Translations under genes and position numbers: made by a program
Notes under the pieces: model-generated
What the model saw: only the letters and a program-made list of their open reading frames with translations
What the model was told of the DNA's origin: nothing
Database searches by the model: none
DNA from: Squalus acanthias
Taxonomy: Eukaryota
Direction: 5' to 3'
DNA: 64,000 nucleotides
NCBI GenBank assembly: GCA_030390025.1
Contig: CM059431.1
Coordinates: forward strand, 135,038,001 to 135,102,000
Part shown: positions 37,295 through 50,489 of the stretch, in pieces
Layout: every line of letters starts with the position of its first letter
Position numbering within the stretch: position 1 is the first letter of the stretch

Positions 37295-39726
37295 TGTCTT
37301 GAATAGGTGCTAATAGAGGGTGTGGAATTCCTAAAATGCATCCAGGAGAACTTTTTTAGCCAGTATGTGACAAGCCAAACAAGGGAGGGGCAGTTCTGGA
37401 CTTAGTTTCAGGGAATGAAGCTGGGCAGGTAGAAGGAGTATCAGTGGGGGAGCATTTTGGTGCTAGTGACCTTAATTCAGTTAGATTTAAGGTAGTTATG
37501 GAAAAGGAAAAAGATTGACCAGGAATAAAAATTTTAAATTGGGGAAAAGCAAAGTTTTGCTAAGCTCAGAGGGGATTTAGCCATAGTGGACTGGAAACAG
37601 CTACTTGAAGGTAAATCAGTGTCAGAGCAGTGGGAGGCATTCAAGGAGGAGATCCAGAGGGTTCTGACCAAATATGTGCCCTTAAAGAAAAAAGGTGGGA
37701 CTAAAAAATCTAGAGATCCCCTGGATGTCTAGAGACATACAGGGTAGGATAAAGAAAAAAAGGGAGGCGTATGACAGATACCGAGGGCTAAATACTGCAG
37801 AATCTTTAGAGTACAGAAAGTGTAGGGGTGCAATTAAAAATGACATTAGGAAAGCAGAGAGCATGAAAAATTCTTGTCAAGTAAAATCAAGGAAAACCCA
37901 AAGATGTTTTATAAATATATTAAGAGTAAGAGGAAAACTAAAGAAAGGGTAGGGCCTATCAGAGATCATGAGGGTAATCTGTGTGTGGAGGCGGGAGACG
38001 TCGGTCGGGTTCTTAATGAATACTTTGCGTCTCTTTTCACAAAGGAGAGGGGCGAAGCAGACATTGCTATCGGGGGGAGGAGTGTGAAAAATTAGATGAA
38101 ATGAACATAGTGAGAGAGGAAGTATTAAGGGGTTTAGCAGCTTTAAAAGTGGATAAATCCCCAGTACCGGATGAAATGTATCCCAGGCTGTTAAGCGAAG
38201 CAAAAGAGGAAATAGCAGAGGCCCTGACGATCATTTTCCAATCCTCCCTGGCTTCAGGTGTGGTGCTGGAAGACTGCTAATGTGGTACCCTTGTTTAAAA
38301 AGGGAGAAAAGGATAGACCGAGTAATTACAGGCCAGTCAGTCTAACCTCGGTGGTGGGAAAATTATTGGAAAGAATTCTGAAGGACTGGATAAATCTTCA
38401 TTTAGAAAGACACAAATTAATCAAGGATAGTCAGCACGGATTTGTTAAGGGAAGGTCGTGTCTGACAAACTTGATTGAATTTTTTGAGGAGGTAACAAGG
38501 AGGGTAGATGAGGGTAGTGCGTTCGATGTAGTTTATATGGACTTTAGCGAGGCTTTTGATAAGGTTCCACATGGCAGACTGGTCACGAAGTTAAAAGCCC
38601 AGCAGATCCAGGGCAAAGTGTCAAGTTGGATTCAAAACTGGCTCGGAGACAGGAAGCAGAGGGTAATGGCTGATGGGTCTTTTTGTTACTGGAAGGCTGT
38701 TTGCAGTGGGGTTCCGCAGGGCTCAGTACTAGGTCCCTTGTTTTTTGTGGTATATATCAATGATCTAGACTTGAATATAGGGGGTATGATTAAGAAGTTT
38801 GCAGATGATACTAAAATCGGCTGTGTGGTTGATAATGAAGAAGGAAGCTGTAGACTGCAGGAAGATATCAATAAATTGGTCAGGTGGGCAGAACAGTGGC
38901 AAATGGAATTCAATCCGGAGAAGTGTGAGGTAATGCATTTGGGGAGGGCTAACAAGGAAAGGGAATACACATTGAATGGTAGGACACTGAGTAGTGTAGA
39001 GGAACAAAGGGACCTTGGAGTGCATGCCCACAGATCCCTGAAGGTAGCAGGCCAGGTAGATAAGGTGGTTAAGAAGGCATACGGAATGCTTGCCTTTATT
39101 AGCCATGGCATAGAATACAAGAGCAGTGGGGTTATGCTTCAACTGCATAAAACACTAGTTAGGCCTCAGCTAGAGTACTGCGTGCAGTTCTGGTCACCAC
39201 ATTACAAGAAAGATCTGATTGCACTAGAGAGGGTACAGAGGAGATTTACAAGGATGTTGCCGGGAGTAGAGAATCTTAGCTATGAGGAAAGACTGGATAG
39301 GCGGGGTTTGTTTTCCTTGGAACAGAGGAGGCTGAGGGGAGACCTTATTGAGGTGTATAAAATTATGAGGGGCCGAGATAAAGTGGATAGAAAGGACCTA
39401 TTTCCCTTAGCAGAGGGGTCAAAAACCAGGGGGCACAGATTTAAAGTAATTGGTGTAAGGTTTAGAGGGGATTTGAGGGGAAATTTCTTCACCCAGAGGG
39501 TTGTGGGGATCTGGAACTCACTGCCTGAAAGGGTGGTAGAGGCAGAAACCCTAACCACATTTAAAAAGTACTTGGATGTGCACTTGGGATGCTGTAACCT
39601 GCAGGGCTATGGACCTAGAGCTGGGAAGTGGGATTAGGCTGGATAGCTCTTTGTTAGCCGGCGCGGACACGATGGGCCGAAATGGCCTCCTTCCGTGCTG
39701 TAACTTTCTTTGATTCTATGATTCTA
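37295..39726 (+). mobile_element. CR1 LINE (second subfamily) with a long open RT frame, 38258-39637
   Basis: 459-aa frame with YMDFSEAFDKVPH, GVPQGSVLGP and KFADDTK to a natural stop; upstream part broken; (ATTCTATG)n tail. Confidence 0.93.
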
Positions 39727-40019
39727 ATGTGAGCAGGAAGCTGAGTCAGCGCTTGTGACTTGAGTGTGGCTCCAAGGAGTATAAAAGTAACCAGTATCTG
39801 TTTTTGCACAGTGTGGTTTTAAACTGAGAGCTTCTAAACAGAGTGTTAAAGTTGGGAATTTTGAGCAGAGGAGGAATGAGGTGCTGCTTTTTGCCTCCAA
39901 TACTTGTAGTGCTTTGTGTTACAGGTAAATATTTAATTTAATCTACCTATAGCTTAAAGTGGATCAGGTAATTGGTTAAAAAACAAAATTATAAGCTAAG
40001 TTAATTAAATACATAAAGA

Positions 40020-41800
40020 TAAAAATTTGTTCTCGCCCAGAAAGCAGTCGGTTTCCTCACCAACTGCTGTTAAAGGCTGCCCGAAATGGCCGCTGTGCTA
40101 AATGAGGTAAAATAGTATGAGGGGCATGGCGGTCGGTGGCGTAGCGCTAACCTTAGGCGCAACACCCTCCTGGTGACGTTGCACGAGGGATCTGGGACCA
40201 ATTTGTTGTGCTGTTGTGGTGTTGCTATTTCCCCTAGTGTCTGTGTGCAAGGCTGTGAAGCTCGCAATGCATTGTGGGCAGTGAATAGCTCTGAAAGGGT
40301 CATGCATATTGAAGCAAGGGAAAATAAAATGCACTGATTCAATACATTTTTCAGCCCTTTCTGTCTTTTAACAAATAATCAATATTTAAAAGAAGTTCCA
40401 AATATCAATATTCAGCACTTAAAGCTGAATTACCTTCCTAAACTCAACAAAATGGAAAACTGCCTCAGCAAGCCAGGGAAGGGGCACCCAGGGTCTTGCG
40501 TACAGCACTCCAGCTTTATGCAGGGGGTCAACACTGCAAGAGTTGTCCTCTACCCACAGGAGCCAGGAGGTTCTCCAGAAAGAACAACGTGGGAGTACAG
40601 CACTGAGGCCGTCACTGCCAGCAGTGTCGCCCCCACCGCCTGGCTCCAGTGCCCAAAGAAGCTTCATGACCTCAGACCACTGGTCAAGGTCAATGAATGC
40701 ATCTTCAAAAGCCACCTCCTACCAACTACACCACTAGCCTCACACACTGCTCAATGCAGGACACCCAATCACTCACCTACCAATAATCTGCACCAATGAT
40801 GAGGCACATCTCCCATTCCTAGCCTCACCTCACCCCCTTGGAGGAGACAGTGCTGGCCATTCTTAGCAGGGGCATGGCTGAGCCCTTGGCCAGCGGCAGA
40901 GCTGAAAGGATACAAGATGCGGGTATCCTTGTATGTTATCCTCCTTCTGGCATGCACCTCTAGGCTTCCCGCCCTCCCATCAGAACAACTCCACCCTTGT
41001 GCCTTCCTCATTTCACACACCCAAAAAAGGCATCCTGCCGAGCCAATGGGACCTCAGGCAGATGATTCCAGCCCGGATATGCCGGCCACAAAGGGGCTGT
41101 CTGGGATGCATCCTTCTATCTGATTGCTCCTCTTCAGCTTCATCCTCTTCTGTGCCTTCCTTTTCTGTGTCTTCCTCTTCTCTCTGCAAGTTGAATCTGT
41201 AAATGTGAAATGACAGCATAAATGCTGCAAATACTCACTTGGTCAGGCAGCATGTCGACCTGAGACGTGAACTCCACGGATGTTGCCTGACCTGCTGAGT
41301 ATTCGCAGCATGTTCTGTCTTCTCAAAGGCGTTCACTTACCATCCGAGTCCTTGCAAGCATCCAGCAGCACTCCCAAAACACTTAAAAAAACTTTTTACA
41401 TCTATTGCAGCAAGCCACCATTTCATTAAAATAAAAAAAAAACCAGTCCAAACCCTTCCATTCAAACTTACCTGATTGATGTGTGTGTCCCTTTAACAGC
41501 TGCAGATATATATCGCCCCTGTCAGCGTCTGTCAGCCTGCTTGCATGCCAGGTTAACCTGGTGTGCTTAGGACCCAGCGCTGACTTGAGCGCAAGTGTCG
41601 AAGTCCGCATAGGTGACATTAAGTTGGCGTTGCACACCGACTGACATCACCACGCCACCATATTTTTTTAGGGCGCTGCCGGTTGCCAGAAGCGCAAAGG
41701 GGGCAACCGATATGGTGGCCACCGCTGGGACCACCTCCAGCTGGCGCAAGAGTGGCGGCTGCCATTTTTTCACGCATCGCTGGCGCTACCAGGTGGCATG
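40020..41800 (-). mobile_element. Degenerate GC-rich DNA-transposon-like (possibly Harbinger) relic
   Basis: Minus-strand acidic tail EEEDTEKEGTEEDEAEEEQ...GRHIRAGII resembles the transposase C-termini; GTCCCTTTAA motif shared with other Harbinger copies. No clear TIRs. Confidence 0.35.
41218..41322. repeat. Short hairpin-type interspersed element
   Basis: Inverted arms ATGCTGCAAATACTCA...GGTCAGGCAGCAT and ATGTTGCCTGACC...TGAGTATTCGCAGCAT. A more decayed relative is at about 22984-23090. Confidence 0.65.
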
Positions 41801-42327
41801 TGCATTTCTTTCTTCTGTTTGTTTTAAGCATGTAATAGTATGAGTAAATGCATATAACAGGAGACTAATGTATTGTAAGAGTCTGTAGGTTTATTCAGTG
41901 TTCTTAGTTTGGAGATTTCAAATGCAATTTTTGTATGTATTTGTAAATGTAGCAACGTAACAAGAGGTCTTAATTTTGAATCACATGTTTGACTGACATT
42001 CAATTTGTTCTATTTGTGTACATTTCGTTGTTCTCAGTTGGAGCCCTCTATTTTAGGGAAGATTTAGGACTGGTTATGGTATGGCCAACAAAAATGTACC
42101 TCCTAATGGAGCTATGCTGATTTCATGACAGCTGCAAACTTAATTGTTGGTAAAGGTTACAAATTGTGTGTATATGTTCTTTGAGTGTCGCAGTGGTCAG
42201 CACACATACCAAATAATGCAATAACTCAGCAGGCTTCAGAGACATTTGAAAACTAGGAAATAACAATTGGGTTTTGGAGCGCTTGACTTTCTAAACCTAA
42301 AGCGGTTTCCCCCCCGCACCTCCGCAC

Positions 42328-43143
42328 CCCCACCCTGAGGCCTCTGATTTCCGCGCCCCCCCCCCCCCCCCCCCCCCCCCCCCCGAGGCCTCTGATTTCC
42401 GCCCCTTCCCCAGGCCTCGGATTCCCCCCCACCCCCCGAGGCCTCGGATTTTCCCCTCCCCCCCGAGGCCTCGGATTACCCCATCCCCCCGAGGCCTCGG
42501 ATTACCCCCCACCCCGAGGCCTCGGATTTCTCCATCCCCCCCGAGGCCTCGGATTACCCCCCACCCCGAGGCCTCGGATTTCCCCATCCCCCCCGAGGAC
42601 TCAGATTACCCCATCCCCCCGAAGCCTCGGATTTCCCCTGCCCCCCGAGGCCTCGGATTTCCCCCTCCCCCCCCGAGGCCTCGGATTACCCCCCGACCCC
42701 GAGGCCTCGGATTACCCCCCACCCCGAGGCCTCGGATTACCCCCCCACCCCGATCCTCGGATTACCCCCCACCCCGAGGCCTCGGATTACCCCGCCCCCC
42801 GAGGCCTCGGATTTTCACCTCCCCCCCGAGGCCTCGGATTACCCCCCACCCCGAGGCCTCGGATTACCCCCCACCCCGAGGCCTCGGATTACCCCCCCAC
42901 CCCGAGGCCTCGGATTTCCCCATCCCCCCCGAGGCCTCGGATTACCCCCCACCCCGAGGCCTCGGATTACCCCCCACCCCGAGGCCTCGGATTACCCCCC
43001 CACCCCGAGGCCTCGGATTTCCCCATCCCCCCCGAGGCCTCGGATTACCCCCCACCCCGAGGCCTCGGATTACCCCCCACCCCGAGGCCTCGGATTACCC
43101 CCCACCCCGAGGCCTCGGATTTCCCCCCCTCCCCCGAGGCCTC
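42328..43143. repeat. C-rich minisatellite, unit about 24-27 bp (CCCCGAGGCCTCGGATT(A/T)CCCCCCA)
   Basis: About 30 tandem units, most with the palindrome CCGAGGCCTCGG. Confidence 0.95.
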
Positions 43144-43194
43144 CCAGCGACCACCGATGCTCCTCCGGCTGACTCTGATGCTTCCCCAACACCC

Positions 43195-44015
43195 CTGATG
43201 ATGCTGCGGTCGGCCCCGTTCCTCTGTCTCTCCCACCGATGATGCTCAGGTCGGTCCCGTTCCTCTCTCTCCCACCGATGATGCTCAGGTCGGCCCCGTT
43301 CTTCTCTCTCTCCCACCGATGATGCTGCGGTCGGCCCCGTTCCTCTCTCTCCCACTGATGATGCTGAGGTCGGTCCCGTTCTTCTCTCTCTCACCGATGA
43401 TGCTCAGGTCGGTCCCGTTCCTCTCTCTCTCCCACCGATGATGCTGAGGTCGGTCCCGTTCTTCTCTCTCTCACCGATGATGCTCAGGTCGGTCCCGTTC
43501 TTCTCTCTCTCACCGATGATGCTCAGGTCGGTCCCGTTCCTCTCTCTCCCCCACCGATGATGCTCAGGTCGGCCCCGTTCCTCTCTCTCCCCCACCGATG
43601 ATGCTCAGGTCGGCCCCGTTCCTCTCTCTCCCCCACCGATGATGCTCAGGTCGGCCCCGTTCCTCTCTCTCTCCCACCGATGATGCTCAGGTCGGCCCCG
43701 TTCCTCTCTCTCCCACTGATGATGCTGAGGTCGGTCCCGTTCTTCTCTCTCCCACCGATGATGCTCAGGTCGGCCCCGTTCCTCTCTCTCCCCCACCGAT
43801 GATGCTCAGGTCGGCCCCGTTCCTCTCTCTCCCCCACCGATGATGCTCAGGTCGGCCCCGTTCCTCTCTCTCCCCCACCGATGATGCTCAGGTCGGCCCC
43901 GTTCCTCTCTCTCTCCCACCGATGATGCTCAGGTCGGCCCCGTTCCTCTCTCTCCCCCACCGATGATGCTCAGGTCGGTCCCGTTCCTCTCTCTCTCCCA
44001 CCGATGATGCTCTGG
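43195..44015. repeat. Minisatellite, unit about 41 bp (CCACCGATGATGCTCAGGTCGGCCCCGTTCCTCTCTCTC)
   Basis: About 20 near-identical tandem units. Confidence 0.95.
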
Positions 44016-44258
44016 TCAGCTCCAATGCTCCCCCCCATGCCGATGTTCCACTGGCCCCGATTCTGCTGCCGCGATCTGTCCCTCCCTCCTCTCTGTGGCC
44101 GTTAAATTTGGCAGGGCCTGTGAGAAACCCATTCTCCCGGGTTTCCCGACTGCTTTCGAGCCCCCTTCCACTCCCAACCCGCCACCAGATTAAAGTTGCG
44201 GCAGTAAGTCGGACAGTATGGTCACTCTCACACTTGTCTATGCTGTCCTTGTGTTTCT

Positions 44259-44890
44259 GGCCCCGATGGGCAGGAGAGGGTCGTGGAGGGGGTGGTTAAA
44301 ATATCGTAATCAAGCAACCCGACCTCAACCCAACCCCCTTCATGGCGGCGATTCAAGCCCTAGATGAGGTGCCTGCTAAAAGCAGATGGGGGCCTATTTA
44401 ACATGCAAAAGTCACGGCCTGACGATGTATTCGGTGGCACGTTTTATTTTTAACCTCATCACAGGTGGAGTCCCGATCTGTCTGATGCCCGGCAGCAGCA
44501 ACACGGTAGGAGGAGCCAACTGACTAGAAGAAGCCCAAGTAATGTTATGGCTTTGTGGGCCAGGAGGAGCAGGATTGCTCCCTCCCAGGCCTCACAAGGA
44601 AGCGTTCGGCTGCCCCAGCCTGACCTACTCCCTTCCAATCGCTTCCATCAGCAGGCTCACCCCTCCCGATCGGTGCCTCAGCCTTCCTCCTCCCCCCTCT
44701 TGATCGTGGCCTGAGACCCCCTTCCCCCACCGACTGCTGCTACATTTCCACTCCCATCCACTGGTCAGGCAGTCAATCTGGCCGGCTATCGGGTGGGAGT
44801 CTGCACGGAATTATTTAAATTATTGCCGGATTCTTCATCCGCTACCAGGCTCCCCCACACCCTTCCCGCCTCCCCTTTAATATTGGGACC
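44259..44890. mobile_element. Harbinger-type MITE
   Basis: Imperfect TIR GGCCCCGAT / ATTGGGACC with a TCT/TCT TSD; CCCGCC subterminal motif. Confidence 0.6.
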
Positions 44891-45184
44891 TCTGTTTCTC
44901 TCTGTATCTCCTGCTTCTGTCTCACTTTCTTCTCTTCACACTCATAACTCTTGTTTTTATCACTGTCCCATTCTGTTTTAAATTAAAAAAAAATTTTTTT
45001 TTAGTTGGGAAGTGGTGGGTGATAGGCATTGAGCGGAGGTGCCAATGGCTGCAGATACATTTGTGGTTGCACGGAAAATGTGGCCCACACAGCTTCCTTT
45101 CCTTTCCCCTGCTTCCCCAATCACTCATGCTTACCCCATCCCTTTGCTCCCATCACAGCCCATACCTCTTTAACTTCACCTAAC

Positions 45185-48100
45185 CCCTTAGGTTAGGTAG
45201 TGGTACAGGTTTGGTTAGTGGTCAGGGACAGGACAGTGTGACTGCAACTCAGGCAGGTTAGGGGACCCCAGGTGCAGTGCTGGAGGAGCCTTGTCCAACA
45301 GGTATGATGTTCTTGCTACCTGTATGGATGAGGAAAAGCCTGTCGGATGGATGAGCAGTCTGACCAGGGCACCATGGTGCAGGAGGCCATTCAAGTGGGG
45401 GAAGTGAATGGGAATGTAGTTGTGGTAGGGGACAGTATTGTCAGGCGCGTGTAACAAGGGTAATACAGTAATCATGGGGGAATTTAATCTACATATAGAC
45501 TGGGCAAACCAAATTTGCAGTAATAGTGAGGAGGACGAATTAATGGAATGTATGTAAGATAGTTTTCTAGATCAGTATGTTGAGGAACGAACTAGGGAAC
45601 AGGCTATTTTAGATCTAGTATTGTGCAACGAGAAAGGGTTAATTAATAATCTTGTAGTAAAGAGGTCTTTAGGGAAGTGTGACCATAATATGATAGAATT
45701 TTATATTGAGCTTGAAAGTGACTTAGTTAAATCCGAAACTAGTGTCTTAAATCTAAACAAAGCAAACTACGTAGGTATGAGGGGTGAGTTGGCTAAGGTA
45801 GATTGGGAAACTACATTAAAAGGTATGACAGTGGACGAGCAATGGCTAGCATTTAAAGAATTAATACATAATTTACAACAAATATACATATTCCTTTATG
45901 GCACAAAAACCCCACAGGAAAAGTGGTCCAACCGTGGCTAACAAGAGAAGTTAAAGATAGTATTAGATCAAAGGAAGAGGTTTATAATGCTGCCAAAAAG
46001 AGTAGTATGCCTGAGGATTGGGAGGATTTTAGAATTCAGCAAAGGAGGACCAAGAAATTGATGAAGAAAGGGAAAATAGAATGAGAGTAAACTAGCGAGA
46101 GACATAAAATCAGACTGTAAAAGTTTCTATAGGTATGTAAAAGGGAAAAGATTAGCGAAAGTAAATGTGGGTCCCTTACAGGCTGAGACAGGAGAAATTA
46201 TAATGGGGAATAAGGAAATGGCAGAGAAATTAAACAAATACTTTGGCCGCGATTTTGTCGCCGCTCAGAGGGTGGGTTTGGAGGCGGGTCAGGTGGTAAA
46301 ATTGCAAATATTGACGGCGGGTTCCAATCCCGCCGTCAACCCGCCTCCGTGCAACTTTCCCAAAGGCGGCCTCCTAGACTCCCGATCGGTCCCGCCACCA
46401 AGCAACAGGATAGGCCCTTAAGGCAGTTAACTGCATCTGCCTGGATAATGCTATTTTGACAGTGGTTTTAGATTTTGCCACTTTTTCTGCGTGTTCCACG
46501 CCATTCCCAAACCCCGCCAGCTGATTGTGCCGGGTTCACAAGTGGCTGCCTTCTTCACAGCTGCAGCTCCAGCATAAAAATGGAGCTCTCAACAAGGCTC
46601 AGTTGCAGATGGCAGAACTTTGTTTTTTCAGGTCTTGGAAAACTTTTTGCAGGTCTACTGATCTTGGAAGTTGTGAAGCTGAGATCCATCTCCACTGTGA
46701 CCGCCTGGGAAAACCCTCTCCCCACATTGACTGAGCACTTCCTCAACTGAGATATCTACCAGCAGCATGGGAACCATTTATTTCCTTTCATCCTGGTCCT
46801 CCGATTCGGAGGAAGAGCAGCTGCGGCAGCAGCAGAACCAGGCACAACAACAGCACCAACAGCAGGAGCGCCAACCTCCTGCTCAGCCACCTGATGCTGC
46901 ACACGGCAGAAGGTATCAGCACAGGGCTGCACACCGCCACAGGGTTTACAGGCCGAGGATGACCTTCCTCAACATGACTGAGCAGCAGTGCCAAAGGAGG
47001 CTGAGACTTTCGCGAGAGGTAGTCGCTGACATCTGCGCAATGCTGACCAACACCAGGAGCCCAGAGGAGCGTGTGGACACTCCTTACCAGTGGCTGTCAA
47101 AGTCACCATCGCCCTCAATTTTTTTGCTTCAGGTTCCTTCCAGGGCTCATCAGAAGACATCAGCGGCATCTCCCAGTTGACCATATCACGCAGGTAACAG
47201 ATGCCCTCTTTGCAAAGGCGCACAATTACATCCACTTCTCCATGGAAGAAGCAAGTGTAACCGCGCATGCGGTTGTCTTTGCAAATATGGCAAGCTTGCC
47301 AAGGGTGCAGGGTGTCATAGACTGCACACATGTGGCCCTTAGGGCACCCCATCACAACCCAGCTGTTTTTGTCAACCGCAAGGGCTTCCACTCCCTTAAC
47401 GTACAGCTGGTGTGTAACCACAAGAAGGACATTTTGCATGTTTGCGCAAAGTACCCTGGCAGTTTTCATGACTCATTCATCCTGCGGCAGTCTAGTGTGT
47501 ATCCGCTCTTCAATCTGCCAACACAGCTTTCCGGATTGCACTACTTGAGGGCAGCATTATCGAATAGTGAAGTGATTGTGTACATAGAGAGAGAGGGATG
47601 GTTAAGGGTGCAAGGGATGTAAGGGTAAAGTGGGATGTGCAGGAGTAGGTTGACAATGCAGAGTGCTGGTGATGAGAGGAGATGGGGAGCAGATTGAGGC
47701 CAAGTGTGATGTTATACTCACTTTTCCTAAGCGGACCAGGTCATTGAGCCTTTTTCTGCACTGCACCCAGGTTCGAGTGCACATGGAACTGGATCTCACC
47801 TCCTGAGCAATTTGCAGCCAGACTGCTTTGGTTTGCTGTGGTGGCTTCTTCCGCCCAGAGGATGGGAAGAGTACCTCCCTGCGCCCTCTGACTCCCTCCA
47901 CAAGAGCATAGAGGGAGTCATCATCAAATCGGGGAGAGGCCTTGGCCCTTGAGGTAGTCATGGCAGCAGTTGTCAGAAGGAAATCCAGCAGCAAATAATG
48001 AGAGAATGAACCAAGGCTGCATGGGCCCCTTAAATGCAGTTGGCTGACAGACGTCAGCAGAGGCGAGTTCCAGACCCCAAACACTAATTGGCCAGGGGAG

Positions 48101-49998
48101 CGCACGCGCAGGGACTCAATTGCCCAATTAGGGCAAAATCGCAAATTTTTACCGGCTGAAAGCGGCGGTTGGACGGGAACCCGATGACCACCTGACCCGC
48201 ACCCAAACCACAACCAATGGGAAAATCACGGCCTTGGTCTGTCTTCACGGAAGAAGACACAAAAAATTTCCTGGAAATAATGGACAACCAAGGATCTAGC
48301 GAGAATGAAGAACTGAAAGATATTAGTATTAGTAAAAAAGTAGTACTGGAGAAATTAATGGGACTGAAAGCCGATAAATCCCCTAGACCTGATGGCCTAC
48401 ATCCTAGGGTTTTGAAATAGTTGGCTATAGAGATAGAGGATGCATTGGTTGTCATCTTCCAAAACTCCATAGATTCTAGAACGGTTCCCGCAGATTGGAA
48501 GGTAGCAAATGTAACCCAACTATTTAAGAAAGGAGGAAGAGAGAAAACAGGGAACAATAGACCAGTTAGCCTGACATCAATAATAGGGAAAATGCTAGAA
48601 TCTATTATTAAGGACGTGGTAACAGGGCACTTAGAAAATAATAATAGGATTGGGCAGAGTCAACACGGATTTATGAAAGGGAAATCGTGTTTGGTGAATC
48701 TGTTAGAGTTTTTTGAGGTTGTAACTAACAGAATAGATAAGGGGGAACCAGTGGATGTTGTGTATTTAGATTTTCAGAAGGCATTCGATAAGGTGCCGCA
48801 CAAGAGGTTATTAAACAAAATTAGGGCTCATGAGATTGGGGGTAATAAACTAGCTTGGATTGAAGATTGGTTAACGGAGAGAAAATAGAGAGTAGGAATA
48901 AACAGGCCATTTTCGGGTTAGCAGGCTGTAACTAGTGGGGTACCGCAAGGATCAGTGCTTGGTCCTCATCTATTCACAATCTACATCAATGATTTGGATG
49001 AGGGGACCAAAAGTAATATATCCAAGTTTGCTGGTGATCCAAAGCTGGGTGGGAATGTAAGTTGTGAGGAGGATGCAAGGAGGCTTCAAGGGGATATAGA
49101 CAGGCTAAGTGAGTGGGCAAGAATATGGCAAATGGAATATAATGTGGAGAAATGTGAAGTTATCCACTTTGGTAGGAAAAACAGAAAAGCAGAGTATTTT
49201 TTAAATGGTGAGAGATTGGGAAATGTCGGTGTTCAGAGGGACCTGTGTGTCCTTGTACACAAATCACTGAAAGTTAACATGCAGGTACAGCAAGCAATTA
49301 GGAAAGCAATTGGTATGTTGGCCTTTATTACAAGAGGATTTGAGTATAAGAGTAAAGACGTCTTACTGCAATTATATAGGGCCCTGGTGAGACCACACCT
49401 GGAGTATTGTGTACAGTTTTGGTCTCCTTACCTAAGGAAGGATATACTTGCCATAGAGGGAGTGCAACGAAGATCCACCAGACTGGTTCCTGGGATGGGG
49501 GAATTTTCATCTGAGGACAGATTGAGTAGACTAGGCCTATATTCTAAGTCATCCTCGGGTCCGAGGGACTGCCTAAGAAGAGAAGATATTCTCTAGAGTT
49601 TAGAAGAATGAGTGGTGATCTCATTGAAACATACAAAATTCTTACAGGGCTTGACAGGGTAGATGCAGGGAGGATGTTTCCCCTGGCTGGGGAGTCTAGA
49701 ACCAGGGGTCACAGTCTCAGAATAAGGCGTCGGCCATTTAGGACTGAGGTGAGGAGAAATTTCTTCACTCAGAGGGTGGTGAATCTTTGGAATTCTCTAC
49801 CCCAGAGGATGCTCAATCGTTACGTATATTCAAGACAGAGATGGATAGATTTTTGAATATTAAGGGAATCAAGGGATATGAGGATAGTGCAGGAAAGTGG
49901 AGTTGTGGTAGAATATCAGCCATGATCTTACTGAATGGCGGAGCAGGCTCTAAGGGCCAAATGGCCTACTCCTGCTCCTATTTCTTCTGTTCTTCTGT
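45185..49998 (+). mobile_element. Degenerate CR1 LINE (ORF1 piece, EN, RT, tail) interrupted by a Harbinger
   Basis: CR1 motifs continue across the insertion (KLNKYF|...SVFTEED); RT motifs at 48421-49856. Confidence 0.92.
46245..48233 (+). mobile_element. Harbinger transposon, internally deleted (5' transposase plus Myb exon 1)
   Basis: TIR GGCCGCGATTTT / AAAATCACGGCC (11/12). Transposase from MGTIYF (46767) to about 47535. Myb exon on - at about 47720-47961: MTTSRAKASPRFDDDSLYALVEGV...WVQCRKRLNDLVRLGK|GTGAGT. Confidence 0.9.
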
Positions 49999-50120
49999 TC
50001 ACATTGCCCCTTTTCCCTACCAACCCATTCGTATCACTACCCCATTGAACTACCCTCTCAATCCCTTTACCTCCCTCTTGCTCTACAGTCAATCACCTCA
50101 CCCTTAACCCTCCATTGATG

Positions 50121-50237
50121 CATAGGAACAGGAGTAGGCCATTTAATCCCTTGAGCCTGTTCTGCCATTCAATGAGATCGTGGCTGATCTGCGACCTCGC
50201 CCCATTTACCCGTCTTTGCCCCATATTCCTTAATACC
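50121..50237 (-). mobile_element. CR1 3' tail fragment
   Basis: AGGAGTAGGCCATT...CCATTCAATGAGATCGTGGCTGATC is the reverse complement of the CR1 terminal hairpin. Confidence 0.7.
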
Positions 50238-50489
50238 TCCCCCCAAACTCACTCTTCCCAATAGCAGGTGACTAGAGGCCAGAAGCCCCATTACACTCAA
50301 CCAGCTTCTCTCCTTCCTTTCCCTTCCAATGCTCCCTCTCTATCTGTTTCTATTTGTTGGATTTCAACTTGTTTTATTCTTTACAAGAAATAACATTTTA
50401 AAAAAGGATGGATATGTGCGCCTTTCTCTTTAGTTGTATTTTTTATTGTCTATCTTCCAAACCCATCCCTTTTTCTATTGCAACTCTCT

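Noticed and set aside
38258..39637. Active CR1 reverse transcriptase
   Set aside because: The endonuclease and upstream ORF2 are truncated and disrupted, and ORF1 is absent.
43195..44015. CRISPR-like array of 41-bp repeats
   Set aside because: Units are head-to-tail with no unique spacers, there are no cas genes, and the context is a vertebrate intron.
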